From assembly GCF_049075655.1 (NCBI RefSeq), contig NZ_CP157522.1, positions 1,216,001 through 1,280,000 of the forward strand: 64,000 nt of DNA, given 5' to 3'. The notes under the pieces are model-generated. The model was not told the DNA's origin and did not search any database. It was given only the letters and a program-made list of their open reading frames with translations. Numbering within the stretch: the stretch's first letter is position 1; every line of letters begins with the position of its first letter. The stretch is from Methanothermococcus sp. Ax23 (lineage in GTDB: Archaea; AGJL01; Methanococci; Methanococcales; Methanococcaceae). Position numbers and translations under genes: made by a program. Shown here in pieces: positions 54,524 to 64,000 of the stretch.

Positions 54524-55413
54524 TTAACATACTGGAATCAATAGCTCTATTAAGTGGGATATACATTGCATTCGTAATTGGGGCAAATGACACAGCAAAT
54601 GCTCTTGGCACATCAGTTGGAGCAAATTTAATGAGCTATAAAAAATTAGTGTTAATATTTGGAGTATTTGTGTTATTGGGATGTTTAAATGCTCACAATG
54701 TGGGGCATACAGTGAGCTCCATAGTATCGGGAAATATTGTTCCTTCATTGGTTATTGCAGGGTTAATTATCACAGTAATTACCTACAAAAAAATACCAAT
54801 ATCTACCCACCAAGTAATTGTATGTGCATTGGTTGGATTGAACATGAGCTCCGCAAACATGGAGTTATTTATGAAAATTATTGGAAGTTGGATAACTTCA
54901 CCAGTATTAACTGCATTAATTTCCTTTATACTTTATAAATTGTTTGAACACTCAAACATACCTATCTTAAAAAGAGTAGAATTATTAAAATATGGATTAA
55001 TATTAAGTGGGGGGCTTATAGCATATAATTTAGGTTCAAATGACCTTCCCACAGCCCTTGGTGCAATATCGGATAATACATATGTTTTTTTTATGGGGGG
55101 AATTGCCCTTATAATCGGAGCTCTGTTGTTTGGGAAGGGAGTTTCTGAAACTGTTGGTATGAATCTTGTTAAATTAAGTCCACTGGCGGCATTTGTGGCA
55201 CAGTTATCCGCAGGAATAAGCGTTTTTGTATTTACGCAGTTTGGAATGCCAGTTTCCACAACTCAGGCAATAATCGGCGGTGTTGTGGGAGTTGGATTAA
55301 CAAAGGGTATCAAAACAGTTAAATGGAAAACATTGTCAAATATTGTATTAGGGTGGGTTTCTGCCCCAAGTTTTGCATTGATTGTTGGTTATTTGATTGA
55401 AATATTAAAATAG
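54520..55413 (+). CDS. Inorganic phosphate transporter (PiT family)
   Basis: GANDTANA, GSND, PVSTTQ...G..G.G. Confidence 0.92.
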   Translation: MINILESIALLSGIYIAFVIGANDTANALGTSVGANLMSYKKLVLIFGVFVLLGCLNAHNVGHTVSSIVSGNIVPSLVIAGLIITVITYKKIPISTHQVIVCALVGLNMSSANMELFMKIIGSWITSPVLTALISFILYKLFEHSNIPILKRVELLKYGLILSGGLIAYNLGSNDLPTALGAISDNTYVFFMGGIALIIGALLFGKGVSETVGMNLVKLSPLAAFVAQLSAGISVFVFTQFGMPVSTTQAIIGGVVGVGLTKGIKTVKWKTLSNIVLGWVSAPSFALIVGYLIEILK

Positions 55414-55479
55414 ATAAAAATAGAATGCATCTTTTATATTTTATTTTTATTATTCCTTTATTTTCATTTAATTATTATC

Positions 55480-56526
55480 GAGGTTGTCGAAAAATATTAA
55501 ATTATCAATAACATATAATACATGTTATGAAGGGGAATATAAAAAAGAAAATAGAAAAGAAAAAGACCAATCCTAAGACAAAAGGATACTGGAGAATATA
55601 CGACCTTAGATATAAGAAATACGACCTAAGAACTACTTATACGTTGATTTTATCCATTACAAACATGCTGAATCGTCCTTCTACCGAAGGACGAAAGGTT
55701 GGTAGGGTATCTGCCCTACCCTATAATGAATATGTGGTAGTTCTAATATTAAAACATATCTACAAACTAAGTTTAAGGGATTTAGAGACACTCTCAAATA
55801 CATTACATAACAAACATATTGACCATTCCACATACGGTAAAGCATTTAAACGGATGGATAATGAGTTTCTATCCAATTTACTCACTTTTACATATACGAT
55901 TATAGATAATCTACTAACTCAGCCCTCCAACAAACTATATATGGCAGACTCAACAGGAGTTTCCATAAATAGGTTATACTATGAGTGCATTCACGGAGGG
56001 AAACGTACTAAACGATTGGTGCATGATAAATTGCATGTTCTAGCATCATACTATCCAGAACAAGGATATATTCCAATAATCTCCGCCCGTTGGGGCGGAG
56101 GTTATAGTTCCGATAGTGCCAACCTATTGGAAATGGTTAAACAGATTGATTTTTTAGATAATGAATATCTACTGGCTGATGGAGGATATGATTGCTGTGA
56201 ATTGTTTTAATATTTACTACAACACAATATCACTCCAATAGTTAAAACAAAAGAATTCAAGTGGAAGTATCATATTAGCAAAGTTAGAAAAACCATTAAG
56301 AGCATGTTTAACAAGGATTGGTATCGCCTTCGGGGGATAGTAGAATCCATATTTGGAGGGCTGGAGACTAAAAACAGGTTAAAATTAGATGACAGGTTGG
56401 CGGATAGCAGAGATGTAAAAGCACTATTGCTACTGCGATAGTGCATAACGTATTAACACTAATGAGAGTATTAGTATTAACATATGATACTGAATAAAAT
56501 TACAAATTCAATTATTCGACAACCTC
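55480..56526 (+). mobile_element. DDE insertion sequence (IS5/IS4-like), 1047 bp
   Basis: TIR GAGGTTGTCGAA at both ends; 9-bp TSD ATTATTATC (55471-55479 and 56527-56535). Confidence 0.93.
55527..56497 (+). pseudogene. DDE transposase with premature stop
   Basis: ADSTG, KLH, ADGGYD, then TAA at 56208-56210. The same frame continues to YRLRGIVESIFG, with an apparent frameshift before AIVHN. Confidence 0.85.
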
Positions 56527-56615
56527 ATTATTATCTAAAAAAATAAGTGAGATAGCGTGTTTATATCCATCATTTTACTAATTACAATAAAAAGAAGAAA
56601 AAAATAATAATTTAA

Positions 56616-57962
56616 TTAGATTTTTAAGTATGCGTTTGTTTCCCAGTCTGTTACTGATGTTCTGAAACTGTCCCATTCAGCTGTTTTTATTTCTAAGAAG
56701 TTTTCGAATATGTGTTTTCCGAGAGCTTCTTTTAATACTGTGTTGTTTTCTAGTTCATCGAGTGCTTCTTTTAAGTTAGCTGGAACTGATTCAATACCGA
56801 GCTCTTTCTTCTCAGCTTCACTCATTGCAAAGATGTTTCTTTCAACTGGTTCTGGTGCATCTAATTTCTTCTTGATACCATCTAAACCAGCAGCAAGCAT
56901 TACTGTGAATGCTAAGTATGGGTTGCATGATGGGTCAGGAGCTCTGAACTCGATTCTTGTTCCTTTGCCTCTTGCAGCAGGAACTCTGATAATAGCACTT
57001 CTGTTTGAGTTTGCCCATGCAATATTTACAGGAGCTTCGTATCCTGGAACAAGCCTTTTGTATGAGTTGACTGTTGGGTTTGTAACTGCTACAATTGCCT
57101 TAGCGTGTTCTAATATACCTGCAACATAGTTCATACAGGTTTCACTTAACTGGTATGGTGCGCTTTCATCGTAGAATGAAGGTTCTCCATTTAACCATAT
57201 ACTCTGGTGGCAGTGCATACCGCTACCGTTCATACCGAAGAATGGTTTTGGCATGAATGTTGCCATAAATCCGTATTGTTTAGCAATCATTTTGATTGTT
57301 GTTTTGAATGTAATTACACTGTCAGCTGTTTTAAGAGCATCGTCAAATTTGAAATCTACTTCGTGCTGACCTGGTGCAACTTCGTGGTGGGAAGCTTCAA
57401 CATGGAATCCTAAGTTTTCCAAAGCAAATACTATGTCCCTTCTGATGTTTGGTGCATCATCCAATGGTTCCAAGTCGAAGTATGCTCCATCATCAGCTGG
57501 AACCATTTTGTGTGGGTTGTGTGGGTCTGGTTTTACTAAGAAGAATTCTGGTTCTGGACCTACGAAGTAGTCTCCGTTCATTTCTTCTTTAAGTTTGCCC
57601 ATGATTCTCTTTAAGCATCCTCTTGGGTCTCCCTCGAATGGTTTTCCATCTGTTTTATATACATCACAGATAACTCTTGCCACTGATTTTTCAGCAGGTC
57701 TCCATGGGAGAACGGATAATGTTGATAAATCTGGCTTTAATATCATGTCTGAGCAATCGATGGAAACAAATCCTTCAATTGATGAACCATCAAAGTATAA
57801 TCCATCAGTTAAAACATCTCTCAATTCATCGAGTCCTTTCTCTCCTGATTTTACTGGATATGCTACATTTTTTGGAACGCCCAACAAATCTACAAATTGG
57901 AATCTTAAAAACTTAACATCATTTGCCTTTATGTATTCCAATGCTTGTTCAACAGTGGTCAT
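56616..57962 (-). CDS. glnA: Glutamine synthetase type I
   Basis: FDGSSI, GPEPEFF, HHEVAPGQHE, NGSGMHCHQS, RIEFRAPD. Confidence 0.97.
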   Translation of the reverse strand: MTTVEQALEYIKANDVKFLRFQFVDLLGVPKNVAYPVKSGEKGLDELRDVLTDGLYFDGSSIEGFVSIDCSDMILKPDLSTLSVLPWRPAEKSVARVICDVYKTDGKPFEGDPRGCLKRIMGKLKEEMNGDYFVGPEPEFFLVKPDPHNPHKMVPADDGAYFDLEPLDDAPNIRRDIVFALENLGFHVEASHHEVAPGQHEVDFKFDDALKTADSVITFKTTIKMIAKQYGFMATFMPKPFFGMNGSGMHCHQSIWLNGEPSFYDESAPYQLSETCMNYVAGILEHAKAIVAVTNPTVNSYKRLVPGYEAPVNIAWANSNRSAIIRVPAARGKGTRIEFRAPDPSCNPYLAFTVMLAAGLDGIKKKLDAPEPVERNIFAMSEAEKKELGIESVPANLKEALDELENNTVLKEALGKHIFENFLEIKTAEWDSFRTSVTDWETNAYLKI

Positions 57963-57985
57963 CTATTACACCTCGTTTATAGATT

Positions 57986-58005
57986 ATCGGAAATAAATTT
58001 CCGAT
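57986..58005. promoter_or_regulatory. NrpR operator upstream of glnA
   Basis: ATCGGAA-ATAAAT-TTCCGAT contains GGAA-N6-TTCC (57989-58002), just downstream of the minus-strand TATA box at about 58011-58021. Confidence 0.9.
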
Positions 58006-58122
58006 TTTAAATATATATAATTTACGGTTTTATAATCTACTTTTATAAATAATATATTATTAATAGAATATCATCATTATATTATCAGTATAATAAATAG
58101 AATTAGCATATTTGGTGATTAT

Positions 58123-59421
58123 ATGATAATAGTGGAAAAAACCGATAAGATAAAAGGAAATATCTATGCCCCTCCTTCAAAATCATACACTCATAGGGCA
58201 GTAATATGTGCATCTCTATCTGATGGAATTTCAGAGATAAAGAATCCGTTAAACAGTGCCGACTGTCTTTCATCAGTTCATGGTGCAAGAATGCTCGGAG
58301 CTCACATAAACACCGAAGATGAAAATAAATGGATTGTGGAAGGAAACAATAACAACCCAAAAACTCCTGACAATATAATCGATATTGGGAACAGCGGAAC
58401 AACCCTAAGGATTTTAACAGGGATTTCATCCCAAATACCAAATGGATATGCCGTATTAACAGGAGATGAATCCATAAGAAAAAGACCTATGCAACCGCTA
58501 CTGGATGCCTTAAAACAGCTCGGTATTGAAGCTTTTTCATCAAAAATGGATGGAACTGCCCCAATTATTGTTAAAAGTGGTGAGATAAAAAATAACATTG
58601 TTAAGATAAGGGGCGATATGAGCTCTCAATTCATCACATCATTAATGATGACATTGCCATTTGCCAAAGATGATTCAAAGATAATTTTAACAACTCCTTT
58701 AAAATCTGCACCATATTTGGACATAACAATCGATGTTCTTAGTAAGTTTGGAATAACCGTTAAACCTTTGGAAGAAGAAAATGAAAAAGGATTTTTTATT
58801 GAAGGAAATCAGAAATACAAACCTTGCAACTACACAGTAGAAGGAGACTATTCATCAGCATCATATCTTGTAGCCGCAGGAGTTCTTTTAAATTCAGAAT
58901 TAACTATAAACAATTTATTTAAGGACTCAAAGCAAGGAGATAAGGAAATAATAAACATAGTTAAAGAAATGGGGGCAGATATTGAAGTTAAAAATGATAA
59001 AGTCATAATCAATGGACCCCATAAACTAAAAGGTATAGATATAGATGTAAAAAATATACCTGATTTAGTGCCAACTATTGCGGTGTTAGGATGCTTTGCG
59101 GAAGGTAAAACCACAATATACAATGGAGAGCATGTTAGATTAAAGGAATGCGACCGACTAAATGCCTGTGCAAAAGAATTAACAAAGATGGGGGCAAAAA
59201 TAACTGAAAAACCTGATGGTCTTGTAATTGAAGGTGTCGGAAAATTAAAAGGTGCAGAACTGGAAACATACCACGACCACAGGCTTGTAATGGCTTTCAC
59301 AATTGCTGGAATGATGGCAGAAGGCAAAACAATAATAAAAGGGGAAGATGCCGTTAAAATATCATTCCCAAACTTCGTGGATGTAATGAAGTCAATTGGA
59401 GCAAATATTACACTGTGTTAA
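58123..59421 (+). CDS. aroA: EPSP synthase
   Basis: PSKSYTHRA, GNSGTTLR, SSQF, RLKECDR, DHRLVMA. Confidence 0.97.
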   Translation: MIIVEKTDKIKGNIYAPPSKSYTHRAVICASLSDGISEIKNPLNSADCLSSVHGARMLGAHINTEDENKWIVEGNNNNPKTPDNIIDIGNSGTTLRILTGISSQIPNGYAVLTGDESIRKRPMQPLLDALKQLGIEAFSSKMDGTAPIIVKSGEIKNNIVKIRGDMSSQFITSLMMTLPFAKDDSKIILTTPLKSAPYLDITIDVLSKFGITVKPLEEENEKGFFIEGNQKYKPCNYTVEGDYSSASYLVAAGVLLNSELTINNLFKDSKQGDKEIINIVKEMGADIEVKNDKVIINGPHKLKGIDIDVKNIPDLVPTIAVLGCFAEGKTTIYNGEHVRLKECDRLNACAKELTKMGAKITEKPDGLVIEGVGKLKGAELETYHDHRLVMAFTIAGMMAEGKTIIKGEDAVKISFPNFVDVMKSIGANITLC

Positions 59422-59517
59422 ATACATACATTTATTTTAGTTCGTTTTAATTTTTATTTTATATTCCTTTTACATTCATTGTCTTTAAAATTAAATTAAA
59501 ATTAAAGTAGGGATACG

Positions 59518-60549
59518 ATGAATAAAATAAAAGATTTTTTAAATTATTTAAGTGAAAACAACATAAAGAAAGCCATAGTTTTAAAAAAGGAAAATATAAA
59601 TTATTTTTTAGAAAAATATCCCCCAACATTTTCGGTTTTAGTTTTTGATGCAGAGGAAGATAGGGCAGTTTTGAAAGTTCCAAAACTGGAATATAGGGGA
59701 GCTCTAACATATAAAAACAAATACCTTGATATCGAGTTGTTCGAAAAAATTGAAGAGGTATTTAAGGGATGCGATGGTGTTGAGGATTCCCTTCCTTTAA
59801 AATTTTTGAAATATCTTGATAAGAATTATAAACTAATATCCGACAAAATAAGAGAAATGCGAGCAATAAAAAACGATAGGGAAATCGAACTAATCCAAAA
59901 GGCATCTAAAATAAGCGATAAAGCAGTCGAGTATGCAACAGAGTTTATATTAAATTCAGATAAACCAATTACTGAAAATGAGCTCGCCGCAGAGATTGAG
60001 TATATTATGAAAAAAGAAGGTAGTATAAAACCATCCTTTGACACAATAGCAATTTCAGATAAAAAAACAGCACTACCTCACGGAGCTCCTTCTGATGCAG
60101 TAATTAAAAATATACTTCTGATGGATATTGGGGCAACTTATGAAGGTTATTGCTCAGATATTACAAGAACAGTTATTTTAAATCCAGATGAGAGATATAG
60201 GGATATATACAACATTGTTCATAATGCAAAAAATGAAGCAGAACAGTATCTTAAAGAAGGAATTTCAGTAAAGGAGCTCGACTCAATAGCAAGAAAATCC
60301 ATGGGCAAGTATGAAAAATATTTCATTCACTCCTTAGGTCATGGTGTTGGTGTAGAGGTTCATGAAGAACCATCAGTTTCTTCAAAGGTTAAGGAAGATA
60401 TTATTTTAAAAGAAGGTATGGTAATTACAATAGAACCAGGTATTTATTTAGACGATTTTGGAATAAGAATTGAAGATTTATATGTTGTTAAAAAGAATGG
60501 ATTTAAAAAATTGAGTAATGCAAAAATATTAGACGAAATCACTTTGTGA
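59518..60549 (+). CDS. pepQ: Xaa-Pro dipeptidase (M24)
   Basis: PH, DIG....GY.SDITRT, HSLGHGVG.EVHE, TIEPG, RIED. Confidence 0.9.
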   Translation: MNKIKDFLNYLSENNIKKAIVLKKENINYFLEKYPPTFSVLVFDAEEDRAVLKVPKLEYRGALTYKNKYLDIELFEKIEEVFKGCDGVEDSLPLKFLKYLDKNYKLISDKIREMRAIKNDREIELIQKASKISDKAVEYATEFILNSDKPITENELAAEIEYIMKKEGSIKPSFDTIAISDKKTALPHGAPSDAVIKNILLMDIGATYEGYCSDITRTVILNPDERYRDIYNIVHNAKNEAEQYLKEGISVKELDSIARKSMGKYEKYFIHSLGHGVGVEVHEEPSVSSKVKEDIILKEGMVITIEPGIYLDDFGIRIEDLYVVKKNGFKKLSNAKILDEITL

Positions 60550-60574
60550 TTTCGTTGCTCTTCGCTTCGCTCCG
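60528..60574 (+). repeat. Double-hairpin micro-element (ATTAGACG family)
   Basis: ATTAGACGAAATCACTTTGTGATTTCGTTGCTC...; supplies the pepQ stop. Confidence 0.8.
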
Positions 60575-60610
60575 ATTAAATATTAATTTTATTTTTTATT
60601 ATTATTTTTA

Positions 60611-61681
60611 TTATTTATTTTCTATTCCCAATTTAATCATCTCATCAAACAAAAACCTTGCATCATGAGGTCCAGGTCCTGCCTCTGGGTGGTATTGGAC
60701 ACACAATATGTTTTTGTCCTTTATTCTTAAACCTTCAACTGTGTTGTCGTTTAAGTTAATATGGAATACTTCTGCATCTTTTGGCATGGACTCGCTTTTT
60801 GTGGCAAATCCATGATTTTGAGATGTAATATATACTCTATCTTCCTCTAAATTCTTTACTGGCTGGTTTCCTCCTCTGTGTCCAAACTTCATTTTGTAAG
60901 TCTCACCGCCAAGTGCAAGGGTGATGATTTGATGACCTAAACAGATTCCTGTAATTGGCACTTTTCCTATTAAGGATTTTACAGTGTCTATTGTTTCCTT
61001 AACAGAGCTCGGGTCTCCTGGACCATTTGATACCATTACAAAATCTGGGTTGTAGCTCAATATTTCATCCGCTGGTGTGTTGTATGGCACCTGAATTACT
61101 GTGCAGTTTCTCTCCACTAAACAATCTATTATGCTTGTTTTAACACCACAGTCAATTAATACGCATTTTGCCACTTCATCTTCTGCTTCGTGGATTACAG
61201 TTTCTTTTGTTGATACTTCTGGCACTAAATCAATTTCAGATAAATCCTTATGACTTTTTGCCATCTCAATGTATTTTTCAATTTCTGAATCATCAATAGG
61301 TTCTGATGAGGTTTTTAGGAGAGCTCTTACAACACCTTTTGACCTTATCCTTCTTGTAATAAATCTTGTATCTATGTTGCATATCCCGGGAACATCGTAT
61401 TTTTTTAAGAATTCATCTAATTCGTTTCCAGTTAGGTCTTTTATAACAAATCCTTCCGCTTTTATACCATCTGATTCAAACCATGATTCACTAACTCCGT
61501 AGTTTCCTTCCAATGGGTATGTCATTGTAATAATCTGCCCTTTATAAGAAGGGTCTGTGAGTATTTCCACATAACCGGTCATACTTGTGTTAAATACCAG
61601 TTCTCCTAAAACTTCCTTTTCTGCTCCAAATCCTTTTCCTTTTAAAACTGTTCCATCTTCTAAAACTAAAATTCCATACAA
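60611..61681 (-). CDS. carA: Carbamoyl-phosphate synthase small subunit
   Basis: [31 protein letters not shown]. Confidence 0.97.
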   Translation of the reverse strand: MYGILVLEDGTVLKGKGFGAEKEVLGELVFNTSMTGYVEILTDPSYKGQIITMTYPLEGNYGVSESWFESDGIKAEGFVIKDLTGNELDEFLKKYDVPGICNIDTRFITRRIRSKGVVRALLKTSSEPIDDSEIEKYIEMAKSHKDLSEIDLVPEVSTKETVIHEAEDEVAKCVLIDCGVKTSIIDCLVERNCTVIQVPYNTPADEILSYNPDFVMVSNGPGDPSSVKETIDTVKSLIGKVPITGICLGHQIITLALGGETYKMKFGHRGGNQPVKNLEEDRVYITSQNHGFATKSESMPKDAEVFHINLNDNTVEGLRIKDKNILCVQYHPEAGPGPHDARFLFDEMIKLGIENK

Positions 61682-61796
61682 TTTCTCACCAATTATATTT
61701 AATAATTTATATCAACTTTATATTTTCATAGTGTTTATAATTATAAATTACATGATGATTATATCATAATTATATCATAACATATTTAATATTAAT

Positions 61797-62725
61797 TAGT
61801 GTGGGTCATATTACACTCTAACCTCTAATACCTTCATATAAGGATAACCTCTGGTAATGAGATTATATAGTGCTAAAACCTGTGCAGAAACTACTGCACA
61901 GAGACAGAATACTTTTTTACGAATATAACCTTTGATATTAATCCAAAACTTATTCATAAATCGGTTCTTTAATATTGAATTGGTGTGCTCTATTTTAACT
62001 CTTATCTTAGAAACTTCCGAAGGAAGTTTCTTTTTATTTTTCCTACCCAATCTCCGTGGATTATGTGCTGTTATTAGTTCATTTTTGTATAATTCTATCG
62101 CTTTTTTTTAAATCTTTTGAATCATAGCCTGCATCTGCACAGGACTTTTTGGTAGGTACTAATAATTTATCAGCTACTTTACAATCGTGAGTATTTGCTG
62201 TGGTAAATTCTGCTCTTAATGGTATTCCTAACTTATCTACTGCTAAATGTAATTTAAAGCCTTTAAACATTCCTACACTGTTATATCCTATCTTTCCCTC
62301 AATATCTGTTTCGTCTTTTATTGGAGTGCTATCGTATATTGACCATTCAGGATTATTTAGTTCAATATATTTATCACCTAATAAAGTAATTATTGCATGC
62401 AATTCTTCATCTAGGGATTTTTTCCATCTATCGATGGTTCTTCTACCAGGGCAGGATTTAAATCCTAATGCAGTTAAAATCTGTGGATTATTTTGTAAGT
62501 GTAATACTAACGCTCTATTTGAATGTATGCCTTTTAAAAAGGCATACACTAATAGTTTAAGCCTCAACTCTAAATTATATCCTTTTCTCCCTACCTTTCT
62601 TCGTTTAGGGATTCGGTCAATTAAATCTGATGTAATTATCTCATTTACCACTTCCTCAGCCTTCATATTATCGTCTTTTTTATAATATTATATTTAGTAT
62701 AGGTTATATATTTTGACCCATACTA
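61797..62725 (-). mobile_element. DDE insertion sequence (DUF772 + DDE_Tnp_1 type), 929 bp, with long direct repeats
   Basis: TIR TAGT(G/A)TGGGTCA; identical 31-bp flanking direct repeats at 61766-61796 and 62726-62756. Confidence 0.92.
61811..62666 (-). pseudogene. Transposase split by a frameshift at an A8 run
   Basis: DSTP, GFKLHL, HD, ADAGYDS in the first ORF; R..IEH in the second; removing one A at 62102-62109 joins them. Confidence 0.85.
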
Positions 62726-62851
62726 ATAATTATATCATAACATATTTAATATTAATCTTTTATTTTATTTAGAGTTAATAATTTAAATAATTTAAACATT
62801 ATACGAGATTTAATATAAAAGAAAATGATGAATATATAAAAAGAATTTTAC

Positions 62852-64000
62852 GATAAACCGCCGGGAAAGCCAACGACTTCAGTCGTTATACAAAACATAG
62901 TTTTGTAAAATCTCTTACGAGATTGGATGAGAGGCGGACATTCTATATTCCACACAATCAAAAATTATCTGTAATTGAATATATAAACTATATTTATAAG
63001 AACTATGGTGAATTCCATGCAAGTAACCAGAGTGCTGACAATAAACCTAACCAGAAGTTTAAATAATGAACAATTAACAATCATAAACCATTTAACCTAC
63101 TCAGCATCAAAACTCTGGAATACATCCAATTATGAAGTAATACTACAAAACATTGAACCAAATAAAATAGATGTTCAAATGAAGGATAACTTCTGGTTTA
63201 AAAACCTACACTCACAATCAGCACAGGCAGTATGTCAAAAACTCTCAATTAGACGAAAACCTTCGGTTTTCGTTGCTCGCTTGCTACGCAAGCGATAGCA
63301 TGGCAAAACTACTTCAAACAGCACACTAAAAGACCACGATACCAACCAAAAGATGGACACTTTCCAGTAAAATGGAAGAAACAAGGTTTCAAAATCATAG
63401 GCAATAAGTTAAGGTTATCCCTATCAAAACAAACTAAAAACTATCTCAAAGAAAAGCATGTTATCAAGTCCAAGTACTTATGGGTAGATTTATCGAAAAC
63501 TCTACCGCTTGATACCACGCAGGTTAAAGAAGTTGAGATAGTTCCGCAGACCATCTATGGGATAACCTACCACATACTTCACTTAATCCATAAGAAACCA
63601 GTAATTCAAGAACCTATCAAAGAAGGTAATATACTAAGTATTGATTTAGGAATTAAGAATTTAGCAACCACAGTAACTAACACGGGCATCAGGCGAAAAC
63701 CTTCGGTTTTCGCTACTCACCAACATCAGTTGGTGAAAGCAGTAATCTATGATGGAAGAAGGTTAATTTCTAAATTCCGATGGTTTGCTAAAAGTAAAGG
63801 AAAAATCCAATCTACCCTAACAAAGCAAGAGTTAAAATATAATAAACGATTATCCCGCTTAACAGTAAGGGAAAAGAATTATACTAAGGATTATCTACAT
63901 AAAATAAGTAAAATGATTATCGATTTTGCAGTGGAAAATAAAGTTTCAAGGATTGTAATCGGCGAGTTAAACAAAGGTATTTCAAATATTAATATTGGTA
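62852..64000 (+). mobile_element. IS200/IS605 family tnpB-only (IS1341-type) element, runs off the window
   Basis: Left end after TTTAC with a subterminal hairpin; tnpB follows directly with no tnpA. Confidence 0.9.
63005..64000 (+). pseudogene. tnpB: TnpB RNA-guided nuclease, frameshifted by a 47-bp insertion
   Basis: KLWNT.NY, LHSQSAQ, RuvC-I SIDLGIKN, DYLHK.S, RuvC-II IVIGEL; insertions at 63248-63294 (frameshift) and 63688-63735 (in frame). Confidence 0.9.

Noticed and set aside
62095-62115. Programmed -1 ribosomal frameshift in the transposase
   Set aside because: Joining the two ORFs requires +1 (loss of one A), not -1.

Overview
AT-rich (about 30% GC) chromosomal segment of a hydrogenotrophic methanogen of the order Methanococcales (Methanothermococcus/Methanococcus-like; inferred from gene content and GGTGA-type RBSs). 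It carries housekeeping and methanogenesis genes: leuA, tfrB, hmgA, ribH, hisE, hcgD, cofH, mer, pelota, prs, truA, larC, comA, glnA with an NrpR operator, aroA, pepQ and carA. There is a pilin-like/DUF2341 operon and an MNT-HEPN toxin-antitoxin pair. A 14.5-kb block holds selenium-free (Cys) isoenzymes: frcADGB divergent from vhcDGAB-hdrA-fwdB, followed by flpE/elpA/elpB-like genes. Mobile DNA comprises two decayed DDE insertion sequences (one with a 29-31 bp target duplication), a tnpB-only IS200/IS605 element and two IS605-type MITEs, one of which splits elpA. The most unusual signals are three. (1) A family of 37-57 bp double-hairpin micro-elements with compensatory stem changes inserts without target duplication into tnpB, IS ends, each other and gene 3' ends. 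(2) The palindrome GAGCTC is roughly 20-fold over-represented (HIP1-like) while GATC is nearly absent, and GAGCTC-containing direct repeats tightly bracket the TA cassette. (3) An ABC substrate-binding lipoprotein appears circularly permuted and may start at ATT. No rRNA, tRNA or CRISPR array was seen. All counts and alignments were made by eye.
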